NCBI GenBank assembly: GCA_002269645.1
Contig: NIVC01001000.1
Location: 62,001-126,000 of the forward strand
DNA from: Macrostomum lignano
Taxonomy: Eukaryota
Reading direction: 5' to 3'
DNA length: 64,000 nt
Under the pieces are notes generated by a model. The model was not told where the DNA came from. It worked only from the letters and a program-made list of their open reading frames with translations, and ran no database searches. This document shows, piece after piece, positions 22,113-33,400 of the stretch. Numbering within the stretch: position 1 is the first letter of the stretch; each line of letters begins with the position of its first letter. The position numbers were made by a program, and so were the translations under genes.

Positions 22113-23142
22113 TCATACAAACTCAGTATACAGGCACTCAAAGCTGCGATGCGAGTACCACAGAACGAACGGATAGCTGGATGCGGGCCACGTGTACGTC
22201 ATCGCCGGTCCTCCCGTCTGGCCGGGGGCCGTAGCCTCGAAGTCCACATAGCGACCGTTAGGGTTGAACCAGAAGCAGTTTCCGAACCACCAGCCCGAGT
22301 AGTACGCCTGAGCGCAATTTTTGCCATGCAGCAGATCATTGTCGTTGTCGTAGGTTGTGAAGGACTGGTTGTTAGGGGATCGCGAGTGGTTGAGTTCGGG
22401 CATTCCTAAGGTGGACCTGGGCGAGTCCAGCGCTCCCAGGCTTAGCCGGTAATTTTCGGCGGGTCCGTGCACTACAAACAGTTCGTTCTCGGCCCAGAAC
22501 GGCTCCCCTGACCACAGGGTCAGCTCCCAGCGGAGTCGCCGAAGTCCATCCTTTGTGGCGTCGTGCATCGCGTCCAAGCCCATCCAGTGGTTGAGCCGCT
22601 CGCCCTGGCCGAAGCCGGCTTGGTAGTCCGCCCAGGATCGGTTGAAGAGCACGGAGCCGTCCACCCGATGCTGGAAGGTGCGCCAGCAGACTCTACGGTT
22701 GAGATGATGCAGCTGACGCACCTGAAACGATCCGGGATTAAAGTTTTCAGACTCGCGGTAACCTTGCGATCGCTTTCGGCAACTGGCATGGCCATGGACC
22801 ACAAAATTAGAAGTAGATGCAGATATTTCTCACCCAAAGCGGCTGCTCGTCGTTCCGGCGAAGGTTGCGGCACTTCCGGCAGCCCCAGCGGCCCCACCTG
22901 CAACTGTACAGGCGGCAGAGTCCATCAGATTCGTTAAAGTCGACAGCGTCCGAGTCTGCCTCAATGCCGCTAGCCAGGCAGACAAGGTAGTTACTCTCCG
23001 GAAAGGCGGCCTGCTGCAGGCTGTACTCCTGCAGGTCCTCGTTGACCAGTTCCCAGTAGGTTGGCTCGAAGTCGGCTGCAGCTCCGTCGGCGAGAATGCT
23101 GCTGCAGCTGGCAAACAGAAGCAACACAAAGATACGAGGCAT
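22113..23142 (-). CDS. Secreted fibrinogen-related protein (signal peptide + PAN/apple-like module + FBG C-terminal domain), 2 exons (23142-22834, 22721-22113), 305 aa
   Basis: Hydrophobic N-terminus; phase-0 GT-AG intron at 22833-22722. FBG motifs FQHRVDGSVLFNRSWADYQAGFG, HWMGLD, FTTYDNDND, NCAQAYYSGWWFGNC and NPNG are present. Confidence 0.85.
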
Positions 23143-23519
23143 AGTCCGGGTGTTGTTGGTTGGAAAAAGATGGTAGAATTAATTGCGATTCTGAGTTGTC
23201 GATTTAGGCAATATTTATCCTGGTAGCTGAGCATTGAGCAAGATCGAAGACAACCAGACAGGAAATCATTAATTGTTAGCTCTATGCCAAAATTCATTCC
23301 CCCGAATCTCCTGGAGAAATCAAGATGCATTTCATTCGCAATGCAGTTTAAAACAATAGCTGGAGAGAGAAATATTTCTGTGATGTTTTCTGTCTTTTTG
23401 TGTTTTCGTGTTTTTTTATGCTTTTTTAAAGGAGCTATGGCAGTGGAAATTTATCAGATTTAATTTTTGGCTTTGTTTTCGTGTTTGTGTGAGAGATGAA
23501 ATTCTGTGGCTCATAGCTC

Positions 23520-24507
23520 ATGGGAGAATTGCTGAGACATGCTGAGACTCATGGGGGAATTCCTGAGATGTCAAGGCTCATTTGGGAGTTGCTGAGATGT
23601 CAAGGCTCATTGGGAAGTTGCTGAGATGTCAAGGCTCATTGGGGAGTTGCTAGGATGTCAAGGCTCATTGAGGAGTTGCTGAGATGTCAAGACTCATTGG
23701 GGAGTTGCTGAGATGTCAAGGCTCATTGGGGAGTTGCTGAGATGTCAAGGCTCATTGGGGAGTTGCTGAGATGTCAAGGCTCATTGGGGAGTTGCTGAGA
23801 TGTCAAGGCTCATTGGGGAGTTGCTAGGATGTCAAGGCTCATTGGGGAGTTGCTGAGATGTCAAGGCTCATTGGGAAGTTGCTGAGATGTCAAGGCTCAT
23901 TGGGGAGTTGCTAGGATGTCAAGGCTCATTGAGGAGTTGCTGAGATGTCAAGGCTCATTGGGGAGTTGCTGAGATGTCAAGGCTCATTGGGGAGTTGCTG
24001 AGATGTCAAGGCTCATTGGGGAGTTGCTGAGATGTCAAGGCTCATTGGGGAGTTGCTAGGATGTCAAGGCTCATTGGGGAGTTGCTGAGATGTCGAGGCT
24101 CATTGGGGAGTTGCTGAGATGTCGAGGCTCATTGGGGAGTTGCTGAGATGTCAAGGCTCATTGGGGAGTTGCTAGGATGTCAAGGCTCATTGGGGAGTTG
24201 CTGAGATGTCGAGGCTCATTGGGGAGTTGCTGAGATGTCGAGGCTCATTGGGGAGTTGCTGAGATGTCAAGGCTCATTGGGGAGTTGCTAGGATGTCAAG
24301 GCTCATTGGGGAGTTGCTGAGATGTCGAGGCTCATTGGGGAGTTGCTGAGATGTCGAGGCTCATTGGGGAGTTGCTGAGATGTCAAGGCTCATTGGGGAG
24401 TTGCTAGGATGTCAAGGCTCATTGGGGAGTTGCTGAGATGTCGAGGCTCATTGGGGAGTTGCTGAGATGTCGAGGCTCATTGGGGAGTTGCTGAGATGTC
24501 GAGGCTC
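23520..24507. repeat. 29-bp minisatellite GGGGAGTTGCTGAGATGTCAAGGCTCATT
   Basis: Period 29, about 33 units. Confidence 0.95.
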
Positions 24508-25049
24508 ATATGTAGAATGCATGGTTACTCAGATTGGTTTTGATCCAATTCAATTTTTTTTAATTCAAATTCAGATTAAATTTCATTCATTCATTGGTTC
24601 GATTCCGTTTCACATTTATTGGGCTTGTGAGTGTGCACGAAAATTGGCCGGTGACGGTTGTCGTGTTCGATCCAACACCCTGTGTGAGCGTGTGTATGAG
24701 TTCAGTAATGGCGCGCTTGTGTGTGTTGAGTCAGCATTTTGCTTTAGGGCGCTAAAGTATAGCGAATATAAATACAAATATAGATGGCGAAAAAGAGTGC
24801 TTGCGGCGCCAAAATGAGTGCTAACAAGACTACGATTTTTAAAATAATGTACATGTAAAGTTTAGTCATGTGTACAGGTTTTACTTAAATTGAAAGATGT
24901 CTCGCAGATTTTTGCTAATAAAAAAGAAAGATCCCTTAGTCGACTAGTCGATACAGTACTCAAATTAATCAAAATCTTCTTATTAATAAGTATGATAAAT
25001 AATATTTGGTAATTTTTTTCTTAATTTATTGCTTTTAAGAGTACGTGTG

Positions 25050-25990
25050 TATTGGGGCAGGTGTGGGTTGGGGTAGGTGTGGGTTGGGGTACGTGTTGAT
25101 TGGGGCAGGTGTGGGTTGGGGTAGGTGTGGATTGGGGTAGGTGTTGATTGGGGTAGGTGTGGGTTGGGGTAGGTGTGGATTGGGGTAGGTATTGATTGGG
25201 GCAGGTGTGGGTTGGGGTGGGTGTTGATTGGGGCAGGTATGGGTTGAGGTAGGTGTGGGTTGGGGTACGTGTTGATTGGGGCAGGTGTGGGTTGGGGTAG
25301 GTGTTGATTGGGGCAGGTGTGGGTTGAGGTAGGTGTGGGTTGGGGTACGTGTTGATTGGGGCAGGTGTGGGTTGGGGTACGTGTTGATTGGGGCAGGTGT
25401 GGGTTGGGGTAGGTGTGGATTGGGGTACGTGTTGATTGGGGCAGGTGTGGGTTGGGGTAGGTGTGGATTGGGGTACGTGTTGATTGGGACAGGTGTGGGT
25501 TGGGGTAGGTGTGGATTGGGGTACGTGTTGATTGGGGCAGGTGTGGGTTGGGGTAGTTGTGGATTGGGGTACGTGTTGATTGGGGCAGGTGTGGGTTGGG
25601 GTAGGTGTGGATTGCGGTACGTGTTGATTGGGGCAGGTGTGGGTTGGGGTAGGTGTGGATTGGGGTAGGTGTTGATTGGGGCAGGTGTGGGTTGGGGTAG
25701 GTGTGGATTGGGGTAGGTATTGATTGGGGCAGGTGTGGGTTGGGGTGGGTGTTGATTGGGGCAGGTGTGGGTTGAGGTAGGTGTGGGTTGGGGTACGTGT
25801 TGATTGGGGCAGGTGTGGGTTGGGGTAGGTGTTGATTGGGGCAGGTGTGGGTTGAGGTAGGTGTGGATTGGGGTACGTGTTGATTGGGGCAGGTGTGGGT
25901 TGGGGCAGGTGTGGGTTGGGGTAGGTGTGGATTGCGGTACGTGTTGATTGGGGCAGGTGTGGGTTGGGGTAGGTGTGGATTGGGGTAGAT
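25050..25990. repeat. G-rich 15-bp-based minisatellite (GTGGGTTGGGGTAGG / GTTGATTGGGGCAGG)
   Basis: Read directly; it gives the PTPAPINTY pseudo-ORFs. Confidence 0.93.
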
Positions 25991-26869
25991 GTGAGCAAGG
26001 ACAACTTAAGTAGAAGGATGCAACACTCAAAATCTATGGCAATTTTTTGAAGGCAACTTTTCGCCGAAAATACACTACGGAGATAGGAGGTTTTCATTTT
26101 TCAGCACTAAAGTTGTTATTGCTTTCGATAGGAGACAGACCCGATGTTCATATTTTACTGGGAATATTTTGTGCCTTTCTTATAGCTCTATCGATATTCA
26201 TAAGGCTCAGAAAGTTAGGTGGATGTGGATTGCAGTAGACTTGGCTGGGGGTAGGTGTGGATTGTGTATATGCGGAAAATCCTTAGAAAATCGTTATAAT
26301 CTACACTGTATAAAGTAAAGTAAATGTTTGAGATAACTGTGACATGATCACACACTGAGACTATATTATTATCACAAGTTTGAAGCAATAATAGCCGTTT
26401 TCAGTTTATTAGTTTAGCAATTAGTAATTAAACCAGTGAACTGTGATATCGGATTCATTTGCCACAATCAGTTTCAATCAGGCCATAAACTTGATGCAAG
26501 AAAATCGATTATGTATGTAGCTCAGCAGAGTAATAATACTCGTAATAATAAATATAAAATCCTAAAAAATACTAATTATAGTCACAACGATCTATTGACA
26601 CAGGTTGCTACTATAAAAACTATATAGTTAATTTAGATGCATAACTTTATTACATATTAAATTATAATCGTTAATCAAAACAAGAAAAGGCAACTAAAAT
26701 GATGAATTGTTAACAAATAATGGAAAAAGGTTTATCTTCAGTACCAGCATGTATTTTCTAGGAATTAAACTATGCATAATTTAATTTCGTCATTTCGAAG
26801 ACATTTTAAGATGGGCCTTTACAAGTACATGAAGCAACTTCAATGAATTATTATATCCTAAACAAACGG

Positions 26870-27245
26870 CCATTTATGAAAACGGCCCTTTTAAGAACTT
26901 TTATTATGAAAACGGCCCTTTAAAAAACTTTTATTATGAAAACGACCCTTTAAGAAGTCTAATTATGAAAACGACCCTTTAAGAAGTCTAATTATGAAAA
27001 CGACCCTTTAAGAAGTCTAATTATGAAAACGGCCCTTTAAGGAACTTTTATTATGAAAACGGCCCTTTAAGGAACTTTTATTATGAAAACGGCCCTTTAA
27101 AGAACTTTTATTATGAAAACGGCCCTTTAAGGAACTTTTATTATGAAAACGGCCCTTTTAAGAAATCGTATTATGAAAACGGCCATTTTAAGAACTTTTA
27201 TCATGAAAGCGGCCCTTTTAAGAGATCTTAATTATGAAAACGGCC
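26870..27245. repeat. 30-bp minisatellite TTATGAAAACGGCCCTTTAAGGAACTTTTA
   Basis: Read directly. Confidence 0.9.
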
Positions 27246-27351
27246 TTCTTACAATAAGAATTGCATCAAGTCAATAAGTTTGCATTAGTAAATTTTGTTT
27301 TTTTAGGGTCGAAAGAAAAAGCTTTCAGTGAATAAAAACAAAACACAATAT

Positions 27352-27394
<43 letters not shown>

Positions 27395-27479
27395 TAACAG
27401 AATAATTCAAATAGAAAATTAACTCCGACTCCAGAGGCACAATTTGCCGAACCAGAGAGAAATATATACCGCTAACAGG

Positions 27480-30400
27480 TCACGGCACACCTTTCGGCAG
27501 AAAGTAGAAGGGCACAAACGGTTCCGTTTGCTCAAGTTCAGCCGCCGTCAACAGGCACTGGGCCGCCTCCGCTTCCTGACCAGTGAGCGACAGAGCCTGG
27601 CCTAGCAGAGTCCAACTCCTACTGCTAGTAGGCTGGTAGTTCACGGCATCGGTGAGGATTTTCTCAGCTAACTGCAGATTGCCCTGACGAATCAGTAGCA
27701 GTCCGAGGCGTTGCAGAGAGCGCACGTGACCGGGATTGATGGACACGGCGTCCTGCGGTGCGGAAATGATTATTTTTATCCAACTGTTAGTTAGTTTCTC
27801 AGTCAGTCGGTCAGTCAGTCAGTCAGTCAGTCAGTCAGTCAGTCAGTCAGTCAGTCAGCATCTCTGACAGGTCAGTCAGTCAGTCAGTCAGTCAGCATCT
27901 CTGACAGGTCAGTCAGTCAGTCAGTCAGTCAGCATCTCTGACAGGTCAGTCAGTCAGTCAGTCAGTCAGCATCTCTGACAGGTCAGTCAGTCAGTCAGTC
28001 AGTCTCTCAGTCAGTCAGTCAGTCAGTCAGTCAGTCAGTCAGTCAGTCAGTCAGTCAGTCAGTCAGTCAGTCAGTCAGTCAGTCAGTCAGCATCTCTGAC
28101 AGGTCAGTCAGTCAGTCAGTCAGTATCTCTGACAGGTCAGTCAGTCAGTCAGTCAGTCAGTCAGTCAGTCAGTCAGTCAGTCAGTCAGTCAGTCAGTCAG
28201 TCAGTCAGTCAGTCAGTCAGTCAGTCAGTCAGTCAGTCAGTCAGTCAGTCAGTCAGTCAGTCAGTCAGTCAGTCAGTCAGTCAGTCAGTCAGTCAGTCAG
28301 TCAGTCAGTCAGTCAGTCAGTCAGTCAGTCAGTCAGTCAGTCAGTCAGTCAGTCAGTCAGTCAGTCAGTCAGTCAGTCAGTCAGTCAGTCAGTCAGTCAG
28401 TCAGTCAGTCAGTCAGTCAGTCAGTCAGTCAGTCAGTCAGTCAGTCAGTCAGTCAGTCAGTCAGTTTTTTTCTTAGAAGTTTTATTTTAAATCTTAATCA
28501 AAAGGTTTAAATTAAATTTCAATAATTGCTACTTCTCCGAATCAGTAGTATGAAAAGCCTCACCTGATAGGCCTCCCTGGCTCTAGCCGGCTGATCGCAG
28601 GCCTCTAAAATTCTGCCGCGCAAATACAGCACGTGATGGCTGAGGCGCACCAGCTGCTCGCATTCCCGCACCGCGTCGCCCGCCTCCTGCAGCATGCCGT
28701 GATCCACGTACAGCTCGGCCAGCTCCAGCAGGATTCGAACCTGCAGCCTGAAGGTTCGGGTTGGGTAAGGAGAACTATCCAGCTAGTACTAGTGAGAATG
28801 GAAATCTAGGATACATTTATTTATAGGGTGAACAAATACAGGCAGGCAGGCCCAACAAACGAACTTAAACACACAGGCAGAAAAAGAACAGACAACAGAC
28901 ACAACAGACAGACACAACAGACAGACACAACAGACACACACAACAGACAGACACAACAGACACAACAGACAGACACAACAGACACACACAACAGACAGAC
29001 ACAACAGACAGACACAACATACACAACAGACAGACACAACAGACAGACAAAACAGACAGACACAACAGACAGACACAACAGACCGATACAACAGACAGAC
29101 ACAACAGACTGATACAATAGACAACAGACACAACAGACAGACACAACAGACCTCTGCGCCTCAGACTGGCCGGACGCCTGCCCGCCACTGGCGCTAAGCG
29201 AGCAGTCGCTGGTGCCGGTGACCAGCTCGGTGAAAGCGTGCTCAATCCTGCTAGCGGCTGCAGACTCCCGCTTCACAGACTGGTCCCGCTCCATCAGCTC
29301 CGAGTCCAGTCGGCCCAGCCAGCGGTCCAACACCGAGCCCTCCTGACGACCGCTGTCGCCGAACCGGTCCGTCCAGGACTGGATGAGGGCGCGATAGACG
29401 TTAACAGCGCGGCGGAGGCCGTGCAGGAAGGCGGCCAAGGAGGCTCGGGTGATCAAGATGCTCGAATGGTAGGGATGGGCGCGGGAGGCGGCTGACAGCA
29501 CCTGGCGAATGAATTTGATTAAGTAGATAGGTTGCTAGGATAAACAGATCGGTTGCTAGGCAATACAAATCGGTTGCTAGACTAATAAAGATCGGTTGAT
29601 AGGCAATACAGATCGGTTGCTAGACTAATACAGATCGGTTGCTGGGCTAAACAAATCGGTTGATAGGCTAATACAGATCGGTTGCCAGGCTAAACAGATC
29701 GGTTGATAGGCTAAACAGATCGGTTGCTAGGCTAAACAAATCGGTTGATAGGCAATACAGATCGGTTGCTAGGCAGAACAGATTGGTTGATAGGCAATAC
29801 AGATCGGTTGCTAGGCAGAACAGATTGGTTGTTAGGCTAAAATAGATCGGTTGCTAGGCTAAACAGATCGGTAGCTAGAGAAAACACATCAGTTGCTAGG
29901 TGACTAGGAGATAATATTAAGTTGCTAGGCGACACACCAAAAAGCATTGACAAACCTTCTGAGCCACATCCCACTGCCGCAGACCGGTATACACCAAAGC
30001 CAGCAGGTGCGCCGAGTCGGTGTGGTCGGGATTCAATTCCAACGCTTGCAGAACGGTGGCCCGAGCCTCCTGAAGATTGCGCTGCTCGGCTAGACAGAGA
30101 GCCAGGTGATAGAAGGCCAAATAGTCAGCTGGATCCTCGGCGCACGCCAGCCGGAGAGCTTTCTCGCCTTCGTCAAGGTGACCCCGACGCTCTTCCAAGC
30201 TGCGACTGTCGGCCGCCTTTAGTAGGCAGCCGACTCCGCGAAACAGCGCGGCCCGGTGCACGCTGCCGGCCCGTTCAACCCAGCGAAGGCCTTCGCCGAG
30301 GCGTTGCAGTTCAAAGGCGGCTTTCGCGGCCAGCAGGCAATAGTGACCGTCCATGGTTTCCAGGCGGTAGCATTCCTGCGCAGCGACAGCGAGCGGATGT

Positions 30401-33400
30401 AAGTAGTCATGGTTATTGTGGAATTCAATGTTTCCCTTTAAAATTCCCATTGAACTACTGGTACGAATCGTCATGGTAGTAGTATATGAGTTAACACAGA
30501 AGTCAAACATTCATAGTAGTATAAGTACTATGTAATATTAGTTACTACTACTACTAATAATTGACTACACCTGGCCCAAATGGGCCAGATGTGCAACCGA
30601 CAGCTCAGCCGCAGCTATTGCGCGGCGCATCTGAAGGCTGCGTACGGCTGTTCAGTCCAAGGACTCGGGGGTCGCCACACACAGCCTCAATTACCCCCAG
30701 CTAATGCTGGCACCCTTTTACAGCTGGGTGAACTGAAGCAATGCAGAGTTAAGTGTCTTGCTCAAGGACACAAATCGTTCCGAGTAGGTCGAGAATCGAA
30801 TCCCCGACCTTTTAGTCGTGAGTCCGACGCTCTGACCACTAGGCTACAACCCCCTTCTACTACTACTACTGAATACTGACTACTACTACTATTACTACTA
30901 CTATTACTAGCAGTAGTAATCAATCACACTACAGCAAGCTCACCTGAAACACGGCCAAGCCCCTGCTCAAATTGCCAGCCGAGATCAAAGCCAAGCCGAA
31001 CTGCAGCCAGATGTGCGATTCGCCAAACGAAAATTTCATAGCGTGCTCAAGAATCTCAGTCAACTGAGCGTAGGCCCCCACCCTAGACAGGGCTACGCAG
31101 AGTAAATCGTACACCGCCACAGTGTTTTCAAAAGCAATTTTCCTTTCTAGGCGAGTGTCCTGGTCACGTGACAGCACAGCCTGTTGGAAGGCAATGAGCT
31201 CCGAGATCATCAGCAGCAGGATGGCCTCCTGCAGCGGCGAGTCCGGCACCAGCAGGTCGTCGCCTGAGTGCTGATAGACGCCGATTGTGCGAGCTCTGGA
31301 CAGCTCCGGCTTGCGGTAGGTTTCTGGCGAGACACCGCGGAGCAAGATTTCCGCCAGCTGCCGGGAAAGCGTCTGCCGGATCGACCGGCTGCACTTGGTC
31401 TCGTGACAGCGGAGCACCTGGGGGAGCCAAGGGGTGGCCAGATAGAGCGCCTAATCAAGAGACACTTCGAGGAACGATTCAAAAACGAATTTAAAAGTAC
31501 AAACTCAAATCTGAGAGATATGGGAGGCTGGTAGCTTCGTATGGGAGATCTGGGAGGCTGATAGCTTAATCTGGGGGATCTGGGAGGCTGGTAGCTTAAT
31601 TTGGAGGATCTGGGGGAGCTGGGGAGGCTGGTAGCTTAATCTGAGGGAGCTGCGGAGGCTGGTAGCTTAATCTGGGAGATCTGGGAGGCTGGTGGCTTAA
31701 TTTGGGGCCTGGGGGATCTGGAAGGCTGGTAGCTTAATCTGGGGGATCTGGTAGCTTAATCTGGGGGATCTGGGAGGCTGGTAGCTCCTCTGAGGATCTG
31801 GGAGGCTGGTAGCTTATTCTGGGTAATCGGGGAGCTAGGCTGGTAGCTTAATCAGGGGGATTTGAGAGGCTGGTAGCTTAATCTGGGGGATCTGTTAGCC
31901 TAATCTGGGGGATCTGGGAGGCTGGTAGCTCCTCTGAGGATCTGGGAGACTGGTAGCTTATTCTGGGTAATCTGGGAGGCTGGCTGGAGGCTGTAACTTC
32001 AACATCAAGCTGTAGGCGACAACCCTAAACCCGATTAACCAAGCCTACAGCGGCGCACCTGTCTCAACCGGTGAATAGCTCCAGTTAAATCGCCATGCGA
32101 CATCCGCAATATAGGCGACTGCTGTAGAGCGTGCCCGACCTCTTCGCTAACGGTGACAGTCCGCTTATCCAGCACCTGAGCCTGGGACTCCTGCAGGTGC
32201 TGGATGTAGAGGTCGCCTGCCCGCTCGTAGCATTCGATCACCTCCTCGTGTCGGCCGATGCGAACAACGTGCGACTGGGACTGGCTCACCTGGGGAATGG
32301 GAAGCGTAATTATTGAAGGGATTTATAACGGATTTTAGTCCTAAGTTAACGCATTGGGACAGGACAGTCTGGTCACAGTTCCGTTATAGGCAATTGAGCA
32401 AGAGATCTCTGTAACATACATCCTAATAGCAGACAGTTCTGTAAAAAACAGCTTAATTACAGACAGTTCTGTAACAGAGAGCTTAATTGCAGAGAGAGCT
32501 CTGTAACAGACAGCTTAATTACAGACACTTCTGTAACACGCTGTTAAATTACAGACAGTTCTGTAACAGACAGCTTAATTACAGACAGAGTTCTGTAACA
32601 GACAGGCTTAATAACAGACACTTCTGTAACACGCTGTTAAATTACAGACAGTTTAATTACAGACAGGGTTCTGTAACAGACAGATTAATTACAGACAGTT
32701 CTTTAACAGACAGCTTAATTGCATCCAGACAGTTCTGTAACAGACAGCTTAATTACAGACAGAGTTCTGTAACAGACAGACTTAATAACAGACACTTCTG
32801 TAACAGACAGAGTTCTGTAACAGACAGGCTTAATAACAGACACTTCTGTAACACGCTGTTAAATTACAGACAGTTCTGTAACAGACAGCTTAATTACAGA
32901 CAGTTCTGTAACAGACAGCTTAATTACAGACAGTTCTGTAACAGACAGCTTAATTACAGACAGTTCTGTAGCAGACAGCTTAATTACAGACAGTTCTGTA
33001 ACAGACAGCTTAATTACAGACAGTTCTGTAACAGACAGCTTAATTACAGACAGTTCTGTAACAGACAAAACAATAGTTTAAAAAACTACAAAAAACTCAA
33101 CTAACAAGATACGCAATATAACAAGAATAACATCCACATAGCTCACCTTCTCCAAGCAGATGCCTCGAACAGCGTAACCCTCACTGAGCAGGCGGCTTGT
33201 TCTACTAGCGGCTGACCAGCCAGACTGGCTATCCAGAGCCAAATCATCCAGCACAGACAGAGCCTTCTGGTACAGATTGGAATAGTACAAAGCTTTGGCT
33301 AGCAACAATCCAGAGTCGATGTGTACAACCAAATCATCGCTGCCGCTGTTAAATATTGATCGAAGAGTCTCCTGATAGGCGGTTGGTACGACACTATCTG

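Noticed and set aside
25021-26097. Pro/Thr/His-rich 330-360-aa ORFs
   Set aside because: They are translations of the G-rich 15-bp minisatellite.
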